Positions 42,315 to 52,782 of a stretch of DNA of 64,000 nucleotides are shown here, in pieces. Within the stretch, counting starts at the first letter, position 1, and each line of letters begins with the position of its first letter. The notes under the pieces are model-generated. The model ran no database searches, was not told where the DNA came from, and worked only from the letters and a program-made list of their open reading frames with translations. The position numbers were made by a program, and so were the translations under genes. Source of the DNA: an uncultured Chloroflexia bacterium (lineage in GTDB: Bacteria > Chloroflexota > UBA6077 > JACCZL01); the NCBI GenBank assembly GCA_963765765.1, contig CAVXYC010000032.1, positions 96,001 to 160,000 on the forward strand. Direction: 5' to 3'.

Positions 42315-42801
42315 TCCTTCGGTAGGTTACCTCAGAAAAAACTGCCACTAGAAAAAGGCTGCCACTCTTCGCCGTCACCGGAGATCTCCATCCGGTATTG
42401 GATCTGGCTCGCCTCGCTGACATCCCAGGTTGCGCGCGTGTGGCCTCCCCGAAGCTGCATTGCAAGCGGAGTCTGCTTTCTTCAAAGGTCCCACGAAATG
42501 TGCTGGGCGCTTGACCCAGCGAATCGAACCAGTGAAGCTGATAGACATCCTCGTTTGCGTCGTAACGGAAGACGCCGTGCCCTTGAAAGTTCACCCGGCC
42601 ATCACGCCGTTGCGTGTAGTCATGGATCACCGCAAAGCCATCGAGCGCTAGACGATTCTCCACTTCGCACTGGGCTGGTCCGCCTGCCGGGTCCCAGGGT
42701 GACGGATGAAGCTGCTCCTGGCCGGACCAACAGCCAATAAGTGCCTGAAGCTTTCTATGAGCTTCGCCAGTTCTGGGCATGTTCATCGGGCTGTTCCCCA
42801 A
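42310..42801 (-). CDS. DUF1579 family protein (3' indel)
   Basis: HRKLQALIGCWSG, WFDSLG; shifted-frame tail MEISGDGEEWQPF. Confidence 0.85.
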   Translation of the reverse strand: MGNSPMNMPRTGEAHRKLQALIGCWSGQEQLHPSPWDPAGGPAQCEVENRLALDGFAVIHDYTQRRDGRVNFQGHGVFRYDANEDVYQLHWFDSLGQAPSTFRGTFEESRLRLQCSFGEATRAQPGMSARRARSNTGWRSPVTAKSGSLFLVAVFSEVTYRRS

Positions 42802-42877
42802 GTTTAAGTAATCGGGGTAGGATGGCGCGTTGCGCTGCGCCTGTCAACCGCGAGCAAACCTTAGACTGCCGACTGGT

Positions 42878-43429
42878 TCAGATGATGAGCGACGGAACTT
42901 CCAGAGAAGTGTGGCCGAGCTTCACCGTTGCCGAGTAGGTGCCTACTTTGACGGCATCGAACTCGAACCAGCCCTGATCGTCAATGCGCGCCTCAACGGC
43001 GCCGCTGGCGCCATAGAGGCAGTTTCGGGCGTCAGGGCTCAGCTCAACTCCACGGAGCTGGCCCAGCATATTTGCGTGGGAACCACGCCGGTCGGTCCGC
43101 AGCTCAACATCCAGTGCGGCCGGGTCCGACTGGAAGAGCATCCGCCGCGGACGGAGGGCGGCAGACCGCGAACCGACCAGCGCGATATCGTCATGGCTAT
43201 CGAAGACAAGAAACGCCAGGCGCTGTGTTGGCAGCTCACCTGACGGAGTCCCCTGAGCCACTCGTGCAGCACGACGGATGATGCTCTCACCTTGTCGGAC
43301 ATGGCCGCCCGCCAACTGACCCGGAACCGTTGGCTCCGGATGTTCGGTCGGGCTTCCATCTGTTCCAACATTGAGTGAGCGACCCCGCACAGCTTCCGTG
43401 CCGCGTGTTTCGTCCATGGCTGAGAACAT
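42878..43429 (-). CDS. Hypothetical protein with carboxypeptidase-regulatory-like C-terminal domain
   Basis: LVFDS, GSR, RRMLF, LGQL, DDQGWFEFDAVKVGTY. Confidence 0.7.
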   Translation of the reverse strand: MFSAMDETRGTEAVRGRSLNVGTDGSPTEHPEPTVPGQLAGGHVRQGESIIRRAARVAQGTPSGELPTQRLAFLVFDSHDDIALVGSRSAALRPRRMLFQSDPAALDVELRTDRRGSHANMLGQLRGVELSPDARNCLYGASGAVEARIDDQGWFEFDAVKVGTYSATVKLGHTSLEVPSLII

Positions 43430-43605
43430 TGTCCCCCGGGCAGTTCCGGGCGACCTGATTCATGTGGGCTACTCAGGAGGCCCATCTGGACTGTTGAACT
43501 TCACTCCATCGGTCGAATGGGGGAGAACGAGGCAACACTATGTCAGGGACGGCGACGGCTTCTTAGGGCATTAAGTTGCGCGCTCGCTGAACGGGGATGC
43601 TCGCT

Positions 43606-44677
43606 TCAAGAGTTCTTTGGAGGGATGACACCTACAGACTCGCAGACCTCCCCCAGGACTTTCCAGCCGAGCGGATTGAGCGGGAGCTCACCCTGAGCGC
43701 GGAGTGTGGCGGCGCGTCGCTGACCGCGCTCGCCCGGCACAAAAATCTCGTCCACACCTTCAATGGTCTCGCTGGATTTGATGTGCTGCACTAATTCATC
43801 CATGCGACTGGAGAATTCATCGCGTGACATGAACATCTCTGGGTTAAGCGCCAGGAAGAACTGGCCCTCCTTGCCGTTGGTCACACTTGCGCCCGCGCCG
43901 AATTGGGCTCCTGTCGAGCACCCCGGCAAGGATCTCCACCAGCAATGCCATCCCGAATCCCTTGTGACCGCCGACCGGCATCAGCAGTCCGCCCCGAAGG
44001 AACTCAGCCGGGTCATTTGTCGGTTTGCCGCTTGCATCCGCCACCAGACCGTCTGGCAGGGTGCGTCCCTCGAGCGCGGCAACACGTACCTTGAATCCGG
44101 CGATGGCCGTGGTTGCCATATCGAAGACAACGGGGTGCTCACCACCGGTCGGCGCGGCGAAGCAGAAGGGATTGGTGCCCAGCGTCCGGGTGCGTCCGCC
44201 CGGGGGTGGCATCAGCGGTGTGACGTTCGCCGTTGCTAGCGCAACAAAGCCACGACGAGCGGCCTCTGCAGGGTAAGGCGCGGCGGCCACGAAGTGCCCC
44301 GAGCGTCGCACCGCGGCCGCCGCCATTCCACGCGCACCCGCACGCTCTACGCACCAGCGCATCGCCTGGAAAGACGGTACAACACCGCAGCCGCCATCAG
44401 CGTCCAGAATGAGCGACGAGTCTGATTCCTGCACCACGGTGATATTTGGCGCGGGATTCAATGCGCCGGATCGGAACCACGCAGCGAGCTCACCCAGGAA
44501 ATAGACGCCGTGATCGTCATATCCACGCAGCTCCGCATCCAGAAGCACTTCGGCAATCTCAATTGCGTGATCGGCAGGACACCCGAGCCCCTCAAGCGCT
44601 TGTTCCATCGCCTGGCGAAGCGGTTCGATCGCAACCGGTCGCGCCTCGTTCAGCGACGCCGAAGTGCCAACTGTCAT
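43606..44677 (-). CDS. Ldh_2 family oxidoreductase (indel near 43910)
   Basis: AELRGYDDHG, GTNPFCF, FDMATT, GGHKGFG, PGERG. Confidence 0.92.
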
Positions 44678-44832
44678 CTGATTGCTCCTCATTCCATCGT
44701 GGGCAGGAGCATAGCGGCCGTTGGAGCATGTGTCGAGCGATGGAATGCACTCCAACACCGTGGTCCATCGTTCGGTGAGTCCGCTATATTGGCAGTGTGG
44801 TCGGCCGGCATACGCGGCCGGTAGGAGGCTAC

Positions 44833-45231
44833 GTGTCACCGGTCTTGCGGTGGGGGCTGCTCGCGGGCATCGTTGTGATGGTCGTGGATACCATCTCTGC
44901 ATTGATAACTCAGGGCTTTCCCGCTGAAAGCGATACTGCCCAGACGGTCCAGATGATTGATCTCGCGGCCAGCGTCTTCATGTACGCACTGGCGGGATTT
45001 AAAAGCGGAAGAGCCGTAGGCATCGCTCGAGCCGGTGCGGAAGCCGGTGTCCTGGCTGGCGGACTGGCCGGAGCTCTGGCTGCTTTGCTGGCTTACGTGA
45101 TGCCCAGCCTGGAAGGGGGAGCACCCAACCCTATTGGCGCTATTGCATTGAACATTGCCCTTGGCGGCGTGCTCGGCTTTTTCAATGGCTGGCTGGGCAG
45201 TCGGACCCCGAACCCCGCAACTCGCCGGTAA
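44833..45231 (+). CDS. 4-TM membrane protein
   Basis: AGGAGG SD, GTG start, Gly/Ala-rich helices. Confidence 0.75.
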   Translation: MSPVLRWGLLAGIVVMVVDTISALITQGFPAESDTAQTVQMIDLAASVFMYALAGFKSGRAVGIARAGAEAGVLAGGLAGALAALLAYVMPSLEGGAPNPIGAIALNIALGGVLGFFNGWLGSRTPNPATRR

Positions 45232-45235
45232 CGAT

Positions 45236-45501
45236 CTACCCCGCTCCGACCGCGTCCCGGGTTCCTCGCGGCTCGCCAATGGTGAACACCTCGTAGAGAA
45301 ACGGGCGTTTCAATTGCGTCATCGCGGCAAGCGCAACATCATCGGCAAGCTGGCGATCCGAGCAAAGAATCAGTACCTGGCCTCGTATTTCTACTTCGGC
45401 GGCTCGGTCGGGTTATCACCGGCGATCTGAGTGACCCAGCAGTGAAGCATTCGACGCTCACGGGCCGTGAACGTCGCGACGGGTCGAATGATGCACCGCA
45501 T
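45236..45501 (-). CDS. Small hypothetical protein absent from the ORF track (1 indel)
   Basis: GGAG SD; MRCIIRPVATFTARERRMLHCWV...EVEIRGQVLILCSDRQLADDVALAAMTQLKRPFLYEVF. Confidence 0.5.
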
Positions 45502-45543
45502 TGATTTCTCCGAAATCCAGGTATCTCGGTCTCGTTCTCCCGC

Positions 45544-48292
45544 TTAACGAACCGTATTGGCAAAGACGCTTGTCCCACCGAATAGACCCGAGCTAGTTTC
45601 GCCGAGGCGTGGGAGTGGAATTACGGGGTGGCGGCGTGGAGGTTGCTGGCGTGGAGGTGTCGCTGGCGTGGATGTTGTACGCGTCGCTGGCGTGGAGGGT
45701 GTCCGCGTCGCCGGCGTTGGAGAGGTCGTTAGCGGTGGTCGAATCGTCGGAGACGCCGCGGGGGCGAGCACGGATATCTGCCGCAATCCGTCCGTACTGT
45801 TTCCAAGACTGTCGAATACACGTAGGCGCAGCGTGTAGACGCCGGATCTAAGCTGGCCAAGATTAAGTGGATTTAGATTGCCCAGCGTAGCATCGACGTT
45901 GGACTGATTGCGCCCGGTAACGAGCGACATCCATTGCTCCGGAGCGGCCCCCTCGCCAAGCTCCAAGTCATAGTGATCAAAGTCGTCTATCGCCGCTGAG
46001 CCGGTGATGGGCACATTGGCCTGGAGCGTGACCGGAGCGGTTGGCCCCGTAATCTCAGCTCGTTTGATCCCTTTATAGATGTCGTCGCAACGAGTGGTGG
46101 GCGGCGAGGGGCGTCCGTTCTGTGTTGCCCAGGCTCTGGCGTCCGGAGGGACGATGAAGAACGACCGTGACTCGCGGGCATTAGCGGGCACCGCATCGAA
46201 CGCCAGTTTGCCGTTGACCTTGCAGACGTCCACGGCTCGAACCCCGTCATTGATCTCCGTCGGAACGTTGTTGCGCATAAACACGTCGGTCACACGACGC
46301 TGACAGTTTGGTCCGGGAAGCTGCCCTGAAGCTGCGCATACCTCACGGTCCACGATGTCCGCCGGACGAGTGAACCGCCGGGGCCTCCGTGTTGCCAAGA
46401 GCATCAACCATGTACGCTTTGTAGATACGACCCGCTCCCGCCGCCCCTTGGACATCGCGCATCGGCGAGCCGTCGTTGTTCCCTACCCAAACACCCGTCA
46501 ACAGGTCCGGCGTATATCCGACGACCCATGAGTCTCGATAGTCGTCGGTCGTCCCAGTTTTTCCGGCGGAAGATCGCCCCAGGGCCAGCGGTCCATTTCG
46601 GCCAAAGGTATCCGTCCGCGCATCGTCGTCGGAGAGCATGTGCGTGATCAGGTAGGCCAAACTGGGATTCACCACCTCCCGACCGCGATCGGCGTGATGC
46701 TCGTAGAGCGTCCGACCGCTCCCGTCGGTTACGCTGAGAATAGATACGGGATCGTAAATTCTGTAGCCGTTCTCAGGCCGTTCAATAGGCTCACCAATCT
46801 GAATGCCGTTGTTCGCGAAGCCCTGGTAAGAGTAGGTCAAGTCCAGGAGCGAGACTTCGCCGCCGCCAAGTGTGACAGCCAGGCCCAGGCGTGACGTGTC
46901 GCGAAGCGTGGTAATGCCCATACGATGAATCGTTGCAAGCATATCGGGAACGCCTACGGCCTCCAACGCCTTCACCGCCGGTACATTCAATGAGTTGCCC
47001 AGAGCGGAGCGCACCGACACGGGCCCTCGGAACTTCTGGTCGTAATTGAGCGGTGTATACGATCCGCCAAATGTCGTGGGTACGTCCCAAACGACCGTCG
47101 CCGGCGTCCAGTTCTTCGTGGCGAAAGCAGTGAGATACGTGAACGGCTTCAATGTGGAGCCCGGCTGGCGCGGCGCGAGAGCCACGTTCACCTGACCGCC
47201 AATCCGCGTGTCGTTAAAATCTACGCTTCCAACCATGGCCAGGATCTCACCGGATGAGGGTGAGATTGACACCAACGACGCATTGGTTGCATTTCGTTGA
47301 CGAAGCTCCTGCACAGCGGCCTTCACCTGCTGCTCTCCCAAGGTTTGCAACCGCAAGTCCAGCGAGGTTTTGACCTGCATGCCGGATCGGAAGAAGGTGT
47401 CGCTCCCGTACTGCCGCTCAATCTGCGAACGTACATAGTTCACGAAGTGCGGCGCCTTGATAGCGGCCTGCTCGGCACGCTGCTCGGGGGATCTGAGTGG
47501 TAGCGGCTCTCGTAGCGCCGCGTCCGCGTCTTGCTGGGTAATAAGGTTGGTGCGAGCCATCTGCTCCAGTACATAGGCCTGACGCTCCTTGACGCCCGCC
47601 ATGTTGGTATACGGGTCGTACCAGGACGGAGCTTGAGGCATGCCCGCCAGGAATGACGCCTCGGCCAGCGTCAGGTCGCGTGCGCGCTTCCCGAAGTACG
47701 TCTCCGACGCCGCCTCGATCCCGTAGGCCATGTTTCCGTAGTAGATCTCATTGAGATACATCTCCAGGATCTTGTCCTTGGGGTAGCGACGAGTCAGCTC
47801 TATAGCCAGCAACGCCTCCTTCATTTTGCGGTCGGCCGTTGGATCGGGCGTGAGTAGTGCGTTCTTGACGAGCTGCTGGGTGATGGTGCTGGCGCCGGAG
47901 GTGATGCTCTGCTCGCGGAAGTTTTGCCAGAGCGCGCGTACGATGGCGCGAGGATCAAATCCTGGATTCGAATAGAAGCTGGCATCTTCGGCGGCCACTG
48001 TCGCATCGCGAAGCTGCTTGGACATTTCGGTAACCGGGATCAGGGTGCGATTGCCACCCTTGGGGTCCGTGAACTCACCCAGCACCTGCCCGTTACGGTC
48101 CAGGATCCGCGCGGTTTGGAACACACGTCGGTCATCCAACGAGTTCGGGTCGGGCAGGTCCTTGGCGTAGTACGCGTACACGCCCGCCGTGGCAAAGGCG
48201 CTCAGCACTACGCCGAAGATGGCTAGGAGGAGGAGGTAGAGGAAAAGACGCACAGGCAGGCTTGCGTAAGAAGTAGGCGCCCAGCAGCGCAA
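45544..48292 (-). CDS. Class A PBP (PBP1A family) with C-terminal Ig-like and PT-rich tail; indel near 46370
   Basis: EDASFY, GASTITQQLVKN, STLK, SLN, KTG. Confidence 0.95.
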
Positions 48293-48478
48293 CGAAAGGT
48301 TTTCACTGAATCACCATCGTAGAGGTGAGCTGCTGAGAAGGACCAGCTTAGGTTACACCGTCGATCCACTCGTTGACGATTTTTGAGTGGCACTCTTGAA
48401 ACGGACAATCACCGTTCTCGATTCGAGGAGAGCTGCAGGTCGCGTCGCAAATCAGCTCAGCAGGGTTCGAACCGAGCG

Positions 48479-48697
48479 TTATTCCTCGAAGAGCTCCAAG
48501 CGAGCCGGGATTGGCGGATGACGGATAACAATGTCCCAATGCGCAATTCACGACGGTTCGGAACGATAGCTGTGACCGTGGTTCCCGCTTGCTGTCGCTG
48601 CATTACGACGTGACTTTCACGTTGACGGACGGCTTGAAACCGTTGCCTCCAGAATTGTGCACGCTTCGCGTCCCGAAAGGACCCGCAGCCTACCCAA
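48479..48697 (-). pseudogene. hicA: HicA toxin, decayed
   Basis: MGRLRVLSGREAC..GF..RQRESHVVMQ..VPNRRELRIGTLLSVIRQS; several indels. Confidence 0.8.
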
Positions 48698-48934
48698 CCG
48701 CGACCTCGAGGCGCGTCACGTAGACTTCAGTCTTCATTCGACCCCGAATTTCCTTATCGCTGGCAGATTCGAAAAAGAGCTGGACCGCCTCTTCGAGATT
48801 CCGGCGAGCTTCTTCAACGGTGTCACCCTGACTTGGGTGTCACCCTGACTTGCAATGTCCAATTCCGGACACAGTGACACATAGCTGTCCGTCTCGCGCT
48901 CTATGAGCGCGGCAAGTTGATGTATCTGGCTCAT
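48690..48934 (-). pseudogene. hicB: HicB antitoxin frameshifted by a 17-bp duplication
   Basis: YVSLCPELDIASQGDT; removing one ggtgtcaccctgacttg copy restores VEEARRNLEEAVQLFFE...VTRLEVAVG. Confidence 0.88.
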
Positions 48935-50811
48935 GAACGCGGCCTTTCTCTGCTAGGCTCAATTCTACGAAGTAAGACGGGCTCTAACTGGTCGCCCTCC
49001 TGATGTCCGCTGCTGGATGTGTCTCGAAACTGCGTCTCATACAGCCGCGCATACAGCCCGCCTGCCGAAACTAGCTCAGCGTGCGTGCCTTGCTCAACGA
49101 GTCGGCCGCGATCGAGAACGAGGATGCGGTCGGCAGCGAGGATAGTGCTCAATCGGTGGGCGATGACCAGGCTGGTGCGGCCGCGCATGGCGCGGGCGAG
49201 CGCTTGCTGGACAAGCGCTTCAGACGTGGAGTCAAGATGCGCGGTGGCTTCGTCCAGCACCAAGATGCGCGGATCTTTGAGTAGCACGCGGGCGAGCGCC
49301 AAACGCTGCTTCTCACCACCGGAGAGGCGATATCCCCGCTCTCCAACGATCGTGTCGTAGCCGGCGGGAAGGTTGCCGAGGAGCTCATCGATATTGGCAG
49401 CCTGACAGGCGGCCTGGAGCTCAGCGTCCGTGGCCTCCGGACGCCCGTAAAGCAGATTCTCCCTAATCGAGCTGTGGAAAAGAAAAGGCTCCTGGCTCAC
49501 CACTCCAATCTGCTGGCGGAGTGATTCCAGCGTGAGATCCCGAATATCGATTCCGTCGAGGGTGATGGCTCCGCCGGTCGGATCGTAAAAACGGGGTACG
49601 AGGTAGGTTACCGTGGTTTTGCCCGCGCCGCTGGGGCCGACGAGCGCGATCATCTCGCCCGGGAGCGCCTCGAATGAAACGTCGCTGAGAGCAGGACGAC
49701 CGGGGACGTATTCAAACGAGACCTGCTCGAATCGAAGCTCGCCGCGAGCAACGCCGATGCGCCGCGCATCAGAACGCTCAGCCACGTCGGGCTCGATATC
49801 CAGGTACTGGAAGATCCGCTCGAACAGCGCCATGGCGCCCATGACGTCCACGTGCACATTGGCGAGCTGCGACGCCGGGCCATACAACCGCTGGAGATAG
49901 GCGATGAACGCGATGATCGTTCCGACGGTGATCGCACCGTCGATCACCAGCCAGCCACCATACCAGTAGATCAGCGCCGGTCCGATGGACGCGAAAAGAC
50001 CGAGGAACATGAAGAACCAGCGCCCGACCAGCGCCCGACGAATCTGCGTGCGCATCAAGGTAAGGCTGTTCTCGCGGAACCGCTCCGCCTCCGAGGCTTC
50101 CGCGGCGAAGCTCTTCACGAGCACCGCGCCGCTGATGGACAGTGTCTCCTGCATGTGACTACTGAGCACCGACTGCTGTTCCGCGGCCTCCCGAGCGATC
50201 TGATGGCGCGCCTGGCCCACGCGGCGCGTGGGGATGATGAACAGCGGAATGATGCCCAGGGCTACGAGCGCCAACCGCCAATCAATGGCCAGGATGACGA
50301 TCGCTGTACTGACCACCACGAACACGTTGGTCAGTACGCCTGCCAGCGTGTCTCGAATAACGTCCTGTACGCCATTGACGTCGTTGTTCAAGCGGGACAT
50401 CACCTCGCCCGTACGCGAGTCGGTGAAGAACTTCAGCCCCTGCTTCTGAAGGTGGGTGTAGAGGGCGTTGCGCAGGTCAAACATGACCTGCTGACTGATG
50501 GTGGTGTTGAGGTAGTTCTGACCCACGCCGACAAGTCCGGCGAACAGTGGCACCAGCACGACACCCAGAGCTAGCAAGCTGAGACCAAGCCGGTCCCCGG
50601 CGGGAATCGCTTCGTCGATGATCTGTCGCACGAGCAGTGGCGGGATCGTACCGGCGAGGGAAGTGAAGATCAGGCAAACGACAACCAGAAGCCATTGTCG
50701 CCAGTAGGGCGTGATGTAGCGGAACGCACGCTTCAAAAGCGCTGGGTTGAATTTGACCTTTTCAACAGAGCGGTAGCGCACGCCACCGCCGCCCATGCGG
50801 CCGCCAAGCAT
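48931..50811 (-). CDS. ABC exporter, fused TMD-NBD half transporter
   Basis: GPSGAGKT, LSGGEKQR, LVLDEAT, IAHRLST. Confidence 0.96.
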   Translation of the reverse strand: MLGGRMGGGGVRYRSVEKVKFNPALLKRAFRYITPYWRQWLLVVVCLIFTSLAGTIPPLLVRQIIDEAIPAGDRLGLSLLALGVVLVPLFAGLVGVGQNYLNTTISQQVMFDLRNALYTHLQKQGLKFFTDSRTGEVMSRLNNDVNGVQDVIRDTLAGVLTNVFVVVSTAIVILAIDWRLALVALGIIPLFIIPTRRVGQARHQIAREAAEQQSVLSSHMQETLSISGAVLVKSFAAEASEAERFRENSLTLMRTQIRRALVGRWFFMFLGLFASIGPALIYWYGGWLVIDGAITVGTIIAFIAYLQRLYGPASQLANVHVDVMGAMALFERIFQYLDIEPDVAERSDARRIGVARGELRFEQVSFEYVPGRPALSDVSFEALPGEMIALVGPSGAGKTTVTYLVPRFYDPTGGAITLDGIDIRDLTLESLRQQIGVVSQEPFLFHSSIRENLLYGRPEATDAELQAACQAANIDELLGNLPAGYDTIVGERGYRLSGGEKQRLALARVLLKDPRILVLDEATAHLDSTSEALVQQALARAMRGRTSLVIAHRLSTILAADRILVLDRGRLVEQGTHAELVSAGGLYARLYETQFRDTSSSGHQEGDQLEPVLLRRIEPSRERPRS

Positions 50812-50846
50812 CTAGTCGATGCTCCGTGCGGGAGTTGAGCTCGAAG

Positions 50847-50957
50847 AGCCCGACCCCACCCCAGCCCTCCCCGCTGCGGCAGGGAGGGGGCCGGATGTGC
50901 CGCACATCACCGGCCCCCTCCCTGCCGCAGCGGGGAGGGCTGGGGTGGGGTCGGGCT
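50847..50957. repeat. Perfect 48-bp inverted repeat with a 15-bp spacer
   Basis: 50847-50894 is the exact reverse complement of 50910-50957. Confidence 0.95.
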
Positions 50958-51022
50958 GCCCAAGGGACGCCTGCGATGCTTTGCATGAAGAAAATACTAC
51001 GCCCTACACTTACGATCTCACA

Positions 51023-51508
51023 ATGTCCAATCGATCAGAGCTTATTCAGCGCGGCGTTGAGCTCCAGATGCGGTGTTACCGCCTGCTACGCAACCTTGGC
51101 CCGGACGATCCATGGCTGGCCGTGGAGCTCACCATGCCGCAGCTCAAGGTGCTCTTTCGATTAAGCGCGCAGGGTCCTTCTCGAGTTGGCGCATTAGCTC
51201 GTGCGTTGCGGGTAACGCTGCCAACGATGACCGGAATCCTTGATCGACTCGTGGAGCAAGGACTGATCCGGCGTGAGGAGGATACCGCGGATCGCCGCCT
51301 GGTAATCAGTCGGCTCACGCCACAAGGACAGGACCTCGTGGATCAGCTTCAGGCTGCCAGCCGTACGCGGCTGACCCGCGTCTATGAAGCACTCTCCACG
51401 GAGGCGCTAGAGCGGCACGTCGCCGCTCTTGATGAGGTGTTACCTGCTGCTGAGGCGGTTGCCGCTCGTGAGCAAGCCGAACAGATCGTCGATGTGACAG
51501 CTCGATGA
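51023..51508 (+). CDS. MarR family regulator
   Basis: LTMPQLKVL, TGILDRL, DRR..LTPQG; TTGCAT-18-TACACT upstream. Confidence 0.95.
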   Translation: MSNRSELIQRGVELQMRCYRLLRNLGPDDPWLAVELTMPQLKVLFRLSAQGPSRVGALARALRVTLPTMTGILDRLVEQGLIRREEDTADRRLVISRLTPQGQDLVDQLQAASRTRLTRVYEALSTEALERHVAALDEVLPAAEAVAAREQAEQIVDVTAR

Positions 51509-52782
51509 GCAGGAGCGCCCCATCAGTCACCACATCTGCTGACTCACCTGAACCAGTTGCGCCGGCTCGCTCCCGATGGCCATCCATGCTCGCCGCGCTT
51601 CAGTACCCTGAGTATCGGAATCTCTGGGTCGGCATGTTTGTGAGCAATATCGGAAGCTGGATCAAGATGGTGGCACAGGGCTGGCTTGTCTATACGCTCA
51701 CCGACTCGCCGTTCTATCTCGGCCTCGTGGGCCTGGCGCGGGCCATTCCGGTGCTGGTGCTCACGCCCGTCACCGGGGTGCTGGCCGATCGTATGGACAG
51801 ACGCTGGTTAATGCTCATCGGAACAATCGGCACCAGCGTGGCCGCCGGGATCATGGCTGTGCTTACGCTCACCGGCGTTGTCCAGGTGTGGCACGTGCTG
51901 CTGCTTTCGGTAGTCGCTGCCGTCAGCCAGGCGCTGGAGATGCCCAGCCGCCAATCACTTGTGCCTGAGCTGGTCGAGAAGAAGCACATCGTCAATGCCA
52001 TCGGCCTGGGTGCCACTGCATTCAATGCCGCCGGCGTGATTGGTCCCGCTATTGCCGCGGTGATCATCGAAACCGTCGGTATCGGCGCGGCGTTTACCGT
52101 CTCCGCGCTCAGCAACGCCGGCGTGGCGCTGACCCTGCTAACCATGCGATCGATCAAGGCGCAGAATCGCGGCACTGCCAGCTTTTTTGCGACGATGGTT
52201 GAAGGTCTGAACTACACCTGGCGCACCCCGCACATCTTTGGGCTCATGGGGCTTATGGTCGTGTTCGCGGTCTTTGGTCGACCCTACGTGGAGCTCATGC
52301 CGGTGTTCGCTCGCGATGTGCTGGGTATGGGCGCCTCCGGACTGGGTGCACTCAGCGCAGCCGTCGGGTTCGGCAGCATGATCGGCTCAGCGGCGGTCGC
52401 GGCCTTCGGGAGCTTCCAACGCAAGGGCCTCATCGTGGTCGGTGGGTCGATGATTTTCGGGGTCCTTTTGATTGCTTTCGCTCAATCCACCTCGCCGCAG
52501 CTGTCGTTCATCATAGCGCCTGTGCTCGGTTTCTTCACGCTCTTCTATATGGTGGGGACGAATACGCTCATCCAGTCAACAGTGCCGGGTGAGCTGCGCG
52601 GTAGGGTCGCCAGCATCTACGGACTCATTCAGCTTGGTCTCATGCCTATGGGCGTGATGATCGAGGGGACCCTCGGAAGCATCATCGGTGTCCCGCTCAC
52701 GGTCACATTGGGCGGCATGCTCATCCTGGTAAGCGCCAGCGTTGGATTACTGCGCATCCCCGCATTGAGGCGGCTGGAGTGA
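51505..52782 (+). CDS. MFS transporter (MFS_3-like)
   Basis: GVLADRMDRR, PSRQSLVPEL, LRGRV. Confidence 0.93.
   Translation: MSRSAPSVTTSADSPEPVAPARSRWPSMLAALQYPEYRNLWVGMFVSNIGSWIKMVAQGWLVYTLTDSPFYLGLVGLARAIPVLVLTPVTGVLADRMDRRWLMLIGTIGTSVAAGIMAVLTLTGVVQVWHVLLLSVVAAVSQALEMPSRQSLVPELVEKKHIVNAIGLGATAFNAAGVIGPAIAAVIIETVGIGAAFTVSALSNAGVALTLLTMRSIKAQNRGTASFFATMVEGLNYTWRTPHIFGLMGLMVVFAVFGRPYVELMPVFARDVLGMGASGLGALSAAVGFGSMIGSAAVAAFGSFQRKGLIVVGGSMIFGVLLIAFAQSTSPQLSFIIAPVLGFFTLFYMVGTNTLIQSTVPGELRGRVASIYGLIQLGLMPMGVMIEGTLGSIIGVPLTVTLGGMLILVSASVGLLRIPALRRLE

Noticed and set aside
38044-43600. Integron-like cassette array of small genes
   Set aside because: Mixed orientations, no attC-type GTTRRRY/RYYYAAC pairs seen, no integrase.
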